Translations under genes and position numbers: made by a program
The notes under the pieces: generated by a model
Seen by the model: only the letters and a program-made list of their open reading frames with translations
Database searches by the model: none
What the model was told of the DNA's origin: nothing
In this document: positions 33,900-43,601 of the stretch, piece by piece
How the letters are laid out: each line of letters begins with the position of its first letter
Position numbering within the stretch: the stretch's first letter is position 1
Assembly (NCBI GenBank): GCA_902802905.1
Contig: CADCNT010000017.1
Span: forward strand, 186-64,185
DNA length: 64,000 nucleotides
Reading direction: 5' to 3'
DNA from: an uncultured Erysipelotrichaceae bacterium
GTDB lineage: Bacteria; Bacillota_I; Bacilli_A; RFN20; CAG-826

Positions 33900-35815
33900 T
33901 TAAGCAGCTTCTTTTGCTTTGCGTTTTTTACGGATGTTGTTAACCACTAATTTACTAGCGATTAATAAAGCGATAAAGCCCACTACTGCAACAATGATAA
34001 TAATAAAGATAATTAATGCTGGAACTGGAAGAGGATCACTCTTAAATTCTTCCCACATTTTCATCACGAGTTTGTTGTTTTCACCAAAGTCTCTCATGAC
34101 TGCACATCTATTGATAGTCTCTTCACTTGGATATTGGGTGAAGAATTGTCTACCAACTGAGATGTTATCATGTTCACTTTGCTCAAATGGATCAGTGGTT
34201 TTGTATTCAATGAAATTGCCATCTTCATCATAATAACCACTATAGAGATAGCTATCACTATAGAAAATGGTATCAACATCATTTTCATAATCATCTAATG
34301 TATCGTTGAAGAAATAAGATAAATCAACTGCGAGTTCGTCATAGTTTTCATCACTATCAACGATAAGGAGATCACCATAAGTCTTTTGAACTTCAACTGA
34401 CTCATCATTTAAGATAAACAAGGCATGATTTAAATCAGCAATATCACTAACACTTTCAGGCTCTTCCTTCTCTTCGGTAGGAACAAAGTAGTAAAGCTTA
34501 TAGTCATCTTGAGCAGCAACATGCTCATCCTTCATGAAATCAGGATAATCAAGGGCAACAAATTCATTATTTTCTTCACTTACTGCGTAAACTTGATAGC
34601 TTTCATCGCCGACTTCTTCATAGATTTCATCAGTACGGATATCGAACCAATCTCTGGTGAGTTCAATAATTGAGTCACCACCAATAAATGGAGTGTATCC
34701 AGTGTAATCCATGTTCTGCATAGCGTTAACAGGATCAGACATGAAGTTTAAGAACATTAAGGCGAGTTCTCTTCTTTCTTCACTTCTATTAGCGTTCTTT
34801 GGCATAACCCAGTTATCAAACCAAAGGTTTGAACCAAGTTCAGGAACTGAGAAGTAAAGTTCACGACCGCCTTCATCTTCAGCTTGATCCATCGCATAGA
34901 CTGCATCACCACTCCAAGCGAGGTTGATACCAATTTTACCGGTAACCATGTCTTGTTTACCGCTATCAACTTCAAGACCGAAAATGTTTTCTTTTAATAC
35001 TTTGAGTTCTCCATGTACATCATTTACCACTTGAGCAAATGTTTTATCATCTCTAACTCCGTTAAATAAGTCAGAGAAACGAGTGTAGAATTCATCAAAA
35101 TCCATGCCAGCGTCATAGGCGCCTTTTAAATCATAGAAATCTTTTTCATAAGTGTGGAGCATACCGGCGGCAAATGTATCTCTTAAGGAGTTCTTAATAG
35201 AGATTGTGCCATTATATTTGGTGTTCCATAAACCTGAGTATGAGAACGCCATATCATTAATGACTTCATTCATATCTAATTTAGAATATGCTTCATATTC
35301 AGGATTGAATAAGATACCTAATGTACCCCACATATAACTCTTTTTGGAGCAGTAATATTGTCTAATCTACTTCTAATGACTTCAGAAGCATAGTGAACGT
35401 AATTAGGGATTTTTTCTTCTCTAGTTTCACCTTCTCTTAAAAGAGGAATGATGAGGTCATCAGAAATCATCTTTTGCACCATATAGTCAGAAACATTGAT
35501 TAAATCATAATCAGATTTACCAGTTTGTAATTCACTATAGAGTGTTTCGTTAGTGTCACTTGTGTCATAGACAACATCGACATTCGCATATTTAGCGTCA
35601 ATCAAACCTGCTTTAGCTTGTTCTTTAATAAAGCGTTTGAATTGTTCAACCATGTCATTGCTTGGGTCTTCTTCATCAAGATAGATGTAATCCTCAGAGT
35701 TAATGATTTTGAGGGTAAATTTATTTGATGCTTCGTTACTTCCACAGCTTGTAAGTCCGCTTGCACAGCAAAGGATGATTGGTGTTAAAATCAATGATTT
35801 TGAAATCTTTTTCAT
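33900..35815 (-). pseudogene. potD: spermidine/putrescine ABC transporter substrate-binding lipoprotein, split by a -1-nt frameshift in a homopolymer
   Basis: ORF 35318-35815 gives the lipoprotein signal (LTSCGS) and the N-lobe. ORF 33900-35333 continues with (Y)MWGTLGILFNP. One extra A in the A5 run (T5 at 35341-35345 on the plus strand) would read ...APKKSYMWGTLG... in one frame. Confidence 0.7.
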
Positions 35816-36672
35816 TACACAGCCCTCCTATTTGCTCTACTAGCTTTCTTATCTTGATTGTGTCTATAGAGTGTAATAAGCACCACTGCTAATACAACCG
35901 CGATAAAGATAATTGTAGTTAATGCACGCATTTCTGGTGGAATTGGTCCTTTCTTAATTTTGGCTTGGACTAAGGTTGATAAAGTCTCAATGTTTTTATT
36001 GCCAGAAAGTAAGCCAGCGCCACGAGTAAACGCAGTAACAATAAAGTCATCCAAGGATAAAGTAACAGCGATTAAGAAGCCAGATACAACACCAGGCATA
36101 ATGCTTGGGGTAATGACTTTCGCTAAGGCTTTGCTTGGGGAAGCGCCTAAGTCTAAGGCAGCTTCATATAAGCTTGGGTCCATTTGCTGTAATTTTGGTT
36201 TGACGTTGATATAGACAAACGGAACTGATAAGCAGCAATGGCCAATTAATAAAGTCCAGAAGGAGAAGATATAAGAATCTCCACCCATGGCAGCGATAAT
36301 TTTGCCAATGAAGACAAACATAACTGTCAAAGAGAAAGCGACAACAATTTCGGCATTAACAACAGGAATTTGAGTAGTTAAGTCAATTGTGTTTCTCCAC
36401 CATCTCTTGGAATAGAAAGCTCCGATTGCGCCTAATGTACCAATAATAGTACTAATAGCGGCAGAAATAAGAGCAATCAAGACAGTGTTGCCTAAGGCAA
36501 TCATGATATCTTTGTTTTGGAATAATCTTGGATATAAGTTCCAAGAGAATCCAGACCAAACACCAATATTGACGGACTCAGTGAATGAGAACGCAATAAG
36601 AATCAAAACAGGAAGGTACATAAGGATCAAGACGAGCCAAATGTAGCTTCGGCCTAAAATCTTTCTTACCAT
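35815..36672 (-). CDS. potC: spermidine/putrescine ABC transporter permease
   Basis: Six TM helices with the EAA loop (YEAALDLGASPSKAL). Position in the potABCD order. Confidence 0.85.
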   Translation of the reverse strand: MVRKILGRSYIWLVLILMYLPVLILIAFSFTESVNIGVWSGFSWNLYPRLFQNKDIMIALGNTVLIALISAAISTIIGTLGAIGAFYSKRWWRNTIDLTTQIPVVNAEIVVAFSLTVMFVFIGKIIAAMGGDSYIFSFWTLLIGHCCLSVPFVYINVKPKLQQMDPSLYEAALDLGASPSKALAKVITPSIMPGVVSGFLIAVTLSLDDFIVTAFTRGAGLLSGNKNIETLSTLVQAKIKKGPIPPEMRALTTIIFIAVVLAVVLITLYRHNQDKKASRANRRAV

Positions 36673-37553
36673 GATCCGCCCTCCTTCTTCCCTTCTTTAG
36701 AAGTTTTTTGAGAAAGGAGCATTGTTAAAGCGATGAGCACTAACATGACTAAAGCCATGAAAGAGCCATCATGCCATGCCTTATTGGTGAACTCTAATTC
36801 GATGTAGTTACCAAATAAGGTAATCTTTCCTTCTGATAAAGTATCAGAGATAACATAGCTAGACATTGTTGGCATAAAGGTCATTAAGAATGCAGAAACA
36901 ATGCCTGGAATGGATTGAGGAATAATGTTTTTGAAGAATACTTGAGCCGGGTTTGCGCCTAAATCTCTAGCAGCTTCAATTTGTGACTTGTCTAACTCAA
37001 TCATTGTGGAATATAAAGGCAAGATAACAAATGGTAAATAGTTTTGTACCATACCAATTAAGGTAGCAATATAAGGATATTTACCACCATTAAGCCCCAT
37101 CCAAGTTAATAAGTCACGAGTAGCACCAGTTCTTAACACGAAGTTAATCCACATAGGTGCGATAAATAAGGTAACAAACACTGCGCTTTTATTAATTTTC
37201 TTATCCGCTAAGAAGTAAGCAAGAGGATAACCAATAAGTAAGCAGAGCAATGTTGTCATTGTCGCGATAAATAATGAGACAAATAAGACATTCCATTTAC
37301 TAGCGCTGGTGAAGAAATTAATTAGTGCTTCTGCTGAGCAGGAGATATATTTCACACCAGTAACTGGGTCAGTGTATTCATAGGTGAAAGCATAGAACAT
37401 GACAATCCCTATCGGCACTAAAATGAATAGCACTAAAAAGACGACATATGGAATGCACAAGTACTTTCTTTGTAAAGAGAAGAAGCGACGAGTCCTGGCT
37501 TTTCTATTAGCCTTTTTCTCGGACTGTGCATTACTTGACTTCATATTTTGCAA
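36666..37553 (-). CDS. potB: spermidine/putrescine ABC transporter permease
   Basis: EAA loop (IEAARDLGANPAQVFFKNIIP). Overlaps both neighbours. Confidence 0.85.
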   Translation of the reverse strand: MQNMKSSNAQSEKKANRKARTRRFFSLQRKYLCIPYVVFLVLFILVPIGIVMFYAFTYEYTDPVTGVKYISCSAEALINFFTSASKWNVLFVSLFIATMTTLLCLLIGYPLAYFLADKKINKSAVFVTLFIAPMWINFVLRTGATRDLLTWMGLNGGKYPYIATLIGMVQNYLPFVILPLYSTMIELDKSQIEAARDLGANPAQVFFKNIIPQSIPGIVSAFLMTFMPTMSSYVISDTLSEGKITLFGNYIELEFTNKAWHDGSFMALVMLVLIALTMLLSQKTSKEGKKEGGSW

Positions 37554-39060
37554 TATTTCCTTTCAAGGTGAGAGTAATCTTTTCTGGTTTGACAATAACG
37601 GAAACAAGGTCACCTTCATTCCAGTTATCTTGGGTATCAACCACAAAGTCTTCCTCTTCAGCGGTTCTCACTAACACTTGCCAGTGGTCACCGATATAGA
37701 TGGTAGAGATAATCTCACCATTCGCGTTACCATTATCATATCCATCTACGATTTCAATATCGCCTAAGCCGATTTCGGCGATGACATCCGCGTCATCTAA
37801 GTCATATTTTTTGCCATCTGCAGATATTAAATAGAGTTCATCATCAACATGAGATCCTTTTAATAATTGCGTGACATCAACTTCGAATTCTGCATCAGAA
37901 ATAATAAGTTTGTTGTTTTTATCAAGCCATGCTTCTGGATAGAGGTTTTTAGTTAACTCTTTCTTCATGATTTGAATGTTGGCTGGTTCTACATCAATAT
38001 AAACTGTAGAGTCTAATTCATAATCTTTTGTAGATTGAGCCACCACTTCTGATTTACCAACTTCCAAAACATATTCATAATGCATACCTTTGAAAATTTT
38101 ATTAACAATTTTGCCAGATAATTTAGATAAATCTAAACTACCTTTGACAACAGTCATTTCTACATCTTCTGGTCTAACAACGACATCAACTTTTTCGTTG
38201 AGTGGGAAATCATCGACACAGTCAAAGACATGGTTTAAGAATTTGACTTTGAGTTTGCCGGTCATAGTAGCGTTATATATGTTACTTTCACCAATAAAGT
38301 TAGCAACATATGCGTTAACTGGCTCATTGTAGATATCAATTGGATTACCAATTTGTTGGATTTCTCCACCTTTCATAACCACGATGGTGTCTGACATAGT
38401 CAAAGCTTCTTCTTGGTCATGAGTAACATAAATAAAGGTGATGCCTAATTTTTTATGCATATCCTTTAATTCAAGTTGCATTTCTTTTCTCATTTTAAGG
38501 TCAAGAGCACCTAAAGGTTCATCTAGAAGCAAGATTTCTGGTTCATTAACAATCGCTCTAGCAATGGCGACACGTTGTTGTTGTCCGCCTGAAAGAGTTG
38601 AAATGTCACGTGTTTCAAGATCTTCTAAATCGATAATCTTTAAAGCACGCATGACTTTTTGGTCAATCTCTTCTTTTGTGTACTTACGATATTTAGTAAC
38701 CGTTTCCCCATTGCGGTTAGTAACTTCGTAAGGAATCTTTTTAAGTTTTAAGCCAAATGCAACATTGTCATAGACATTCATGAATGGAAATAATGCATAT
38801 CTTTGGAAGACAGTGTTGATTGGTCTTTTGTGTGGAGGTATACGGGTGATATCCTCACCATTTAATAAAATTTGACCACTAGATGGGGTTTCAAAACCCG
38901 CGATCATTCTTAAGGTTGTCGTTTTACCACATCCGGAAGGTCCTAAGAAGGTGACAAATTCACCTTTAGTAATATCAAGGTTGAAGTCACTAACGACAGT
39001 GTTACCGTCATAGACTTTGTTCACACCTTGAAGTGAGATAATACAGTTTTCTTTCGCCAT
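37531..39060 (-). CDS. potA: spermidine/putrescine ABC transporter ATP-binding protein with extended C-terminus
   Basis: Walker A GPSGCGKTT, LSGGQQQRVAIARA, LLLDEPLGALD. At 509 aa it is about 130 aa longer than typical PotA. Confidence 0.9.
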   Translation of the reverse strand: MAKENCIISLQGVNKVYDGNTVVSDFNLDITKGEFVTFLGPSGCGKTTTLRMIAGFETPSSGQILLNGEDITRIPPHKRPINTVFQRYALFPFMNVYDNVAFGLKLKKIPYEVTNRNGETVTKYRKYTKEEIDQKVMRALKIIDLEDLETRDISTLSGGQQQRVAIARAIVNEPEILLLDEPLGALDLKMRKEMQLELKDMHKKLGITFIYVTHDQEEALTMSDTIVVMKGGEIQQIGNPIDIYNEPVNAYVANFIGESNIYNATMTGKLKVKFLNHVFDCVDDFPLNEKVDVVVRPEDVEMTVVKGSLDLSKLSGKIVNKIFKGMHYEYVLEVGKSEVVAQSTKDYELDSTVYIDVEPANIQIMKKELTKNLYPEAWLDKNNKLIISDAEFEVDVTQLLKGSHVDDELYLISADGKKYDLDDADVIAEIGLGDIEIVDGYDNGNANGEIISTIYIGDHWQVLVRTAEEEDFVVDTQDNWNEGDLVSVIVKPEKITLTLKGNIAKYEVK

Positions 39061-39290
39061 AAGTTATCCCTTTCCTTTCAAAAAATCAGTGAGAATATTT
39101 ATTCAATATTTCGCAAAAAAATATATAGGAAAAATAATATAAAAACAAATAAAATTTTTACATCAATTTTTTGAGTCAACTTTTTGAAAGATTTACAATG
39201 TAAAAATATCTCGATTAAATCAGTGCTTTGTTTAAAAAACAGCCTTTGAAAATTTGTTGAATTTTTTGCGCATTTTTTCGCTCACTTTTT

Positions 39291-39319
39291 TTGACTAAAA
39301 TTTGATTAAGAATTATACT
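39291..39319 (+). promoter_or_regulatory. candidate sigma70 promoter of the lipoprotein gene (predicts a near-leaderless mRNA)
   Basis: TTGACT (39291-39296), 17-nt spacer, TATACT (39314-39319). The ATG at 39330 is only about 4 nt beyond the predicted +1, and no SD is visible. Confidence 0.4.
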
Positions 39320-39329
39320 TTATCTACTT

Positions 39330-40400
39330 ATGAAAAAATTATTAGGATTATTTGCTCTTGTTCCTACCCTAATTCTCGCTAGTTGTGGATCTAACAATTT
39401 AGACACTTCTAAGATTGCGTTAGACACAGGAAACATCTATTCGAAATCAATCACTTATTCTGATTTTCATGAGATGGATTATGATGAGCTTGAAGCTTGC
39501 ACAATTGATAAACTTTCGTTTGTTTTAGTGACATTTAATGACCGTACTTGTGGATGTTGGAGAGACTTTAATCCTTTGTTTGTTAGATTCGCTAACGAGC
39601 ACCATTATCAAGTAAAGCTTTTTGATGTTGGTCTATTTGCAGGACACAGCAATAAATTTGGCGTTTATTCAGTGACAAATCATATGCCTGGAATTTGTTT
39701 CTTTAGAAGAGGCAAATTAATTAGACAATCAGTTTATGGAAAAAACGCTGAAAATAATAGAAAGATGTTTAAAGACTACAAAACATTTGAGAAATTCATG
39801 CTCGATAACGTCTATATGCCAAAACTCTACTATGTAGATAAAGAAACATTAGATGAAACCATCGAATCAAAAGAAGAATTTTCATTATATGTCGCACGTA
39901 CTTCTTGTGGAGATTGTGGAAGAATAGAAAAAGATTACATCCATAGCTGGGTTGATAAAAACAAAGCCACTACTATAAATGATTATCTATATATCTTTGA
40001 TATCCAATCTTATCGTAGTGACATGACTTTATATCAACAAATCAAAGATCAATATGGTTTAAGCACTGTATATAATACTGACTTCGGTTATGACACTGGT
40101 TATGTGCCAACATTCCAAAGATGGAAGAACGGCGAGATTATTGACATGATTACTGTCCTTAACGATTCAGTTGATAGTAACTTAAAAGTTACTTCATATT
40201 TCAATCAAAGTAGAATTAGCAAGAGCCCACTTTTAAAAGATACTGGAGATGAATATCTATTTGATCAAAAAGTAGTTACAGAAGACGATGTTACTTCAAT
40301 GGAATATGAAGGAGTGACATACACATTCCTAAAACAAGATGTCCAATTCAAATGGCATCAGCCAATTGTGGAATTGTTCTTTAACGAGTATGTAAAATAA
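39330..40400 (+). CDS. lipoprotein with two thioredoxin-like CxxC-type motifs, unknown function
   Basis: Signal plus lipobox LILASCGS. Motifs DRTCGCW and TSCGDCGRIEKDY each sit in a segment of about 130 aa. Confidence 0.55.
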   Translation: MKKLLGLFALVPTLILASCGSNNLDTSKIALDTGNIYSKSITYSDFHEMDYDELEACTIDKLSFVLVTFNDRTCGCWRDFNPLFVRFANEHHYQVKLFDVGLFAGHSNKFGVYSVTNHMPGICFFRRGKLIRQSVYGKNAENNRKMFKDYKTFEKFMLDNVYMPKLYYVDKETLDETIESKEEFSLYVARTSCGDCGRIEKDYIHSWVDKNKATTINDYLYIFDIQSYRSDMTLYQQIKDQYGLSTVYNTDFGYDTGYVPTFQRWKNGEIIDMITVLNDSVDSNLKVTSYFNQSRISKSPLLKDTGDEYLFDQKVVTEDDVTSMEYEGVTYTFLKQDVQFKWHQPIVELFFNEYVK

Positions 40401-40425
40401 AAGAGCTTAAGTAAGCTCTTTTTTA
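40397..40425. terminator. bidirectional terminator between convergent genes
   Basis: AAGAGCTT-aagt-AAGCTCTT perfect hairpin, flanked by A- and T-runs. Confidence 0.7.
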
Positions 40426-40429
40426 ATAT

Positions 40430-41434
40430 CTATTCTCTAATTATATCTTCGTAATAAGCATCTATCTTTTTTGCTAGCTCTGCAAGTAACATTGTTTTAG
40501 TTTCTGAAGATGCAAACGAGGCGTTAATTGAATTTGTTAAGAAATGTCTTACTTCATGTTTTTGTAATTTGAATTCTTTGAATAAATGTCTGAATTCCTT
40601 AAGTACATCAGTGTCACTTACAGTCATATTATCAGAGTTAATTGTGACCATAATTCCATACTTATCAAACTCTCTAAGTGGTACAGATTTATAATCTGGT
40701 AATGATGTAGTTTGTAGGTTGCTAGTAGGACAGAACTCAAACGCAATTCTTTTCTCTTGCATCTTACGTATATTTTTTGGAGTTAATTCAAGATGAACAC
40801 CATGTCCAATACGTTGAGCGTGAAGTAGATCAACACAGCGAATTACTTCTTCACTACCACAAGCTTCTCCAGCATGAATAATAATATTTAATCCTCTTAA
40901 TTTTGCTTCATCAAATAATGGGGTATAGAAGTCTCCGGTATGAAATGCTTCTGGGCCTGCTAAATCAACAGCAACTACCTTATCCAGGCGGAATGCGTCG
41001 GCTAATTTGATTGCTTCCATATTCACTTCTGTGCTGGATTGTCTCATGCAACAAAGTATTAAATTAGCATCAAACCCCTTCTTATCTTTTAGGGCAAATT
41101 TTAATCCAGAAACAGCCGCACGAACTGCGTCTTCTTGACTCATTCCTTTCATAGTATGGAGTTGAGGAGCAAACCTAATTTCGGCATATATATAGCCTGC
41201 GTTATATAATCTATTTACTAAACTAGCGGTAACATAGGCAATAGAAAACTCATCTTGAAGTAAAGAACAAGGTAGGTCAAATCTAGTAAGGTATTCTTCT
41301 AAGCTTTTGCAGTCATTAGGAACATAAACATTTTTAGGGAATTCTTTACCCAATTCCACGTGGTTACGTTCTGCTAAATATTTAAAATCTTCTAAGGATA
41401 AAGAGCCATCAAGGTGTAAGTGTAAATCAATCAT
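40430..41434 (-). CDS. add: adenosine deaminase
   Basis: MIDLHLHLDGS metal-binding start, HAGE, and the SINSDN-type motif (TINSDN). The ATG at 41434 has an AGGTA SD; the upstream GTG at 41452 is less likely. Confidence 0.9.
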   Translation of the reverse strand: MIDLHLHLDGSLSLEDFKYLAERNHVELGKEFPKNVYVPNDCKSLEEYLTRFDLPCSLLQDEFSIAYVTASLVNRLYNAGYIYAEIRFAPQLHTMKGMSQEDAVRAAVSGLKFALKDKKGFDANLILCCMRQSSTEVNMEAIKLADAFRLDKVVAVDLAGPEAFHTGDFYTPLFDEAKLRGLNIIIHAGEACGSEEVIRCVDLLHAQRIGHGVHLELTPKNIRKMQEKRIAFEFCPTSNLQTTSLPDYKSVPLREFDKYGIMVTINSDNMTVSDTDVLKEFRHLFKEFKLQKHEVRHFLTNSINASFASSETKTMLLAELAKKIDAYYEDIIRE

Positions 41435-41521
41435 ATTTTTTACCTGCCACAATTATGATATTAAAAAAATGCTTTAATATAAAGTCGTTTGAATTATAAT
41501 TTAAACGAAAGGAACTAAAAT

Positions 41522-42022
41522 ATGTGCAAGAAAAAAGATCCAAATAAAAAAGGCTTTTTCGGAGAATTTAAAGAATTCATTACTCGTGGCAACGTCATGG
41601 ATATGGCTGTTGGTGTCATTATTGGTGGTGCCTTCACCGCGATTGTCACTGCATTAACTGGTGGTGTTCTTCAACCAATCATTAACTACATCATTGGTAA
41701 AATCTTAGGTGATGGAAGTTTGGATTCTGCAAGAACAGTCTTAGACTGCTATGTCTTAAGTGATGGCTCTAAATTCTGGCCAACAGCTTCTGTAGGAATC
41801 AAAGACTACTTAGCTGCAAATCCAGGTATTTCCGTTGACTGGTCAGCCACAAACTACATTGACTGGGGCGCTTTTATCTCCGCAATTATTAACTTCTTAT
41901 TAGTTGCTCTCATCCTCTTCATCATTATTAAAACAATTAATAATGTTCACCAAAAAGGACAAGAAGCTAAGGCTAAATTAGAGAAAAAAGAAGAGCCAAA
42001 AGAAGCTGAGAAAAAGGAATAA
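41522..42022 (+). CDS. mscL: large-conductance mechanosensitive channel with enlarged extracellular loop
   Basis: FKEFITRGNVMDMAVGVIIGGAF is the canonical MscL TM1. The loop between TM1 and TM2 is about 45-50 aa longer than usual. Charged C-terminal helix. Confidence 0.9.
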   Translation: MCKKKDPNKKGFFGEFKEFITRGNVMDMAVGVIIGGAFTAIVTALTGGVLQPIINYIIGKILGDGSLDSARTVLDCYVLSDGSKFWPTASVGIKDYLAANPGISVDWSATNYIDWGAFISAIINFLLVALILFIIIKTINNVHQKGQEAKAKLEKKEEPKEAEKKE

Positions 42023-42041
42023 TCTACTCAGAAAATAAAAT

Positions 42042-42068
42042 AGCTCGGGCAACCGAGTTATTTTTTTA
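42042..42068 (+). terminator. rho-independent terminator of mscL
   Basis: AGCTCGG-gcaa-CCGAGTT followed by ATTTTTTT. Overlaps the 3' end of the convergent phosphatase gene. Confidence 0.65.
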
Positions 42069-42498
42069 TGTTTTGAAATATTACTTCCACTGCTTTTTTG
42101 ATTCTTTGATAAACAAATTCAAATCTATCAGTGTACCAAGGGTCTTCTATTTCAACGTTGTCTAAAAATTCGGTGATTAAGTGAAATTTATCACTTGGTC
42201 CAAATAATCTTTCTAAATAATATAAATTATTCTTATCCATATAATATATATAATCTGCAGATTCAAATTCTTGTTTGCTTATTCTTTGAGCGTAGTGATG
42301 TTCGTCTATATATCCATGATTAGAAAGCACTCTTTTCATAGGAGGATAAATATCATTACCTATTTCTTCTAAAGATGTGGCTCTAGAAGAAACAAAGATT
42401 TCATTTTCTAAATGCGCATTTTTAATTAAATCTGAAAAGATAATCTCCGCGACGGGGGAACGACATATATTTCCATGACAAATAAAAATAATATTCAT
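42058..42498 (-). CDS. low-molecular-weight protein-tyrosine phosphatase
   Basis: Active-site P-loop CHGNICRSP (CX5R-S) at the N-terminus and a DPWY-type Asp loop. 146 aa. Confidence 0.9.
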   Translation of the reverse strand: MNIIFICHGNICRSPVAEIIFSDLIKNAHLENEIFVSSRATSLEEIGNDIYPPMKRVLSNHGYIDEHHYAQRISKQEFESADYIYYMDKNNLYYLERLFGPSDKFHLITEFLDNVEIEDPWYTDRFEFVYQRIKKAVEVIFQNIKK

Positions 42499-42511
42499 GA
42501 AAATAGTATAA

Positions 42512-42534
42512 CAAAAAGAGACCCAAAGGTCTCT
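42512..42534 (-). terminator. rho-independent terminator of fba
   Basis: Minus strand: AGAGACC-tttg-GGTCTCT followed by TTTTT. Confidence 0.7.
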
Positions 42535-42554
42535 TCTTAATTTAATAAATTAAA

Positions 42555-43529
42555 TTAGATCTTGTCGTTGGAGCCAAGGACTTCAGTGATTTTGTGTTTC
42601 ACGAGTTCTTTGACATATTTACGACCATCACCAATGTATTGACGTGGGTCGAAGTGATCTGGATGTTCTTCAAAGTGTTCTCTAATACCAGCAGTCATTG
42701 CTAAGCGAAGATCGCTATCGATATTGATCTTACAAACTGATAATCTAGCAGCTTGTCTTAATTGTTCTTCTGGAACACCGACAGCATCAACGAGTTTTCC
42801 ACCATGAGCGTTGATAATATCAACGTATTCTTGGTTAACAGAACTACTACCGTGTAAAACGATTGGGAATCCTGGGAGTCTTCTACTAACTTCTTCTAAG
42901 ATATCAAATCTTAATGGAGGTGGGAGAAGTTTTCCGGTTTTTGGATCTCTTGTACATTGTTCTGGTTTGAATTTATAAGCACCGTGGCTTGTTCCAATAG
43001 CGATAGCTAAGCTATCGACACCAGTTCTCTTAACAAATTCTTCGACTTGCTCTGGTCTGGTATAGCTTTCAGCACCATGTTCAACTTTAACATCATCTTC
43101 GATACCAGCTAAGGTTCCGAGCTCAGCTTCAACGGTAACATATGGTTTGTGTGCATGAGCGTATTCAACAACCTTACGAGTAATAGCAATGTTTTCTTCG
43201 AATGGTTTGCTTGAGCAGTCAATCATGACGCTGGTAAAACCACCATCGATACAATCTTTACAAATTTCAAAATCTGCACCGTGGTCTAAGTGTAAGACGA
43301 TTGGTAAACCTGTGTCTTCGACAGCAGCTTCAACCATCTTCTTTAAATAGACAGGTTTAGCATATTTTCTTGCTCCAGCAGAAACTTGAAGAATAACTGG
43401 AGAATTGCATTCTTTCGCAGCTTCGGTAATCGCTTGAACGATTTCCATATTGTTGCAGTTAAAAGCTCCAATGGCATAGCCACCCTTGTAAGCTTTTTCA
43501 AACATTTCAATAGTATTAACTAATGGCAT
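42555..43529 (-). CDS. fba: class II fructose-1,6-bisphosphate aldolase
   Basis: YAIGAFNCNNME, LHLDHG, GTSHGAYKF and the HGSSSV motif. Confidence 0.95.
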   Translation of the reverse strand: MPLVNTIEMFEKAYKGGYAIGAFNCNNMEIVQAITEAAKECNSPVILQVSAGARKYAKPVYLKKMVEAAVEDTGLPIVLHLDHGADFEICKDCIDGGFTSVMIDCSSKPFEENIAITRKVVEYAHAHKPYVTVEAELGTLAGIEDDVKVEHGAESYTRPEQVEEFVKRTGVDSLAIAIGTSHGAYKFKPEQCTRDPKTGKLLPPPLRFDILEEVSRRLPGFPIVLHGSSSVNQEYVDIINAHGGKLVDAVGVPEEQLRQAARLSVCKINIDSDLRLAMTAGIREHFEEHPDHFDPRQYIGDGRKYVKELVKHKITEVLGSNDKI

Positions 43530-43601
43530 ATTTTTTACTTCCTTTTCGTTGCTATTATATAATAATTTTTAAATTATTGTATACAAATGTTATAAGTTAT
43601 T

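Noticed and set aside
33900-35815. Treating 35318-35815 and 33900-35333 as two genuine overlapping genes.
   Set aside because: The first ends and the second begins inside one conserved PotD fold. The frames are reconciled by a single base in an A5 run, so a frameshift is the simpler explanation.
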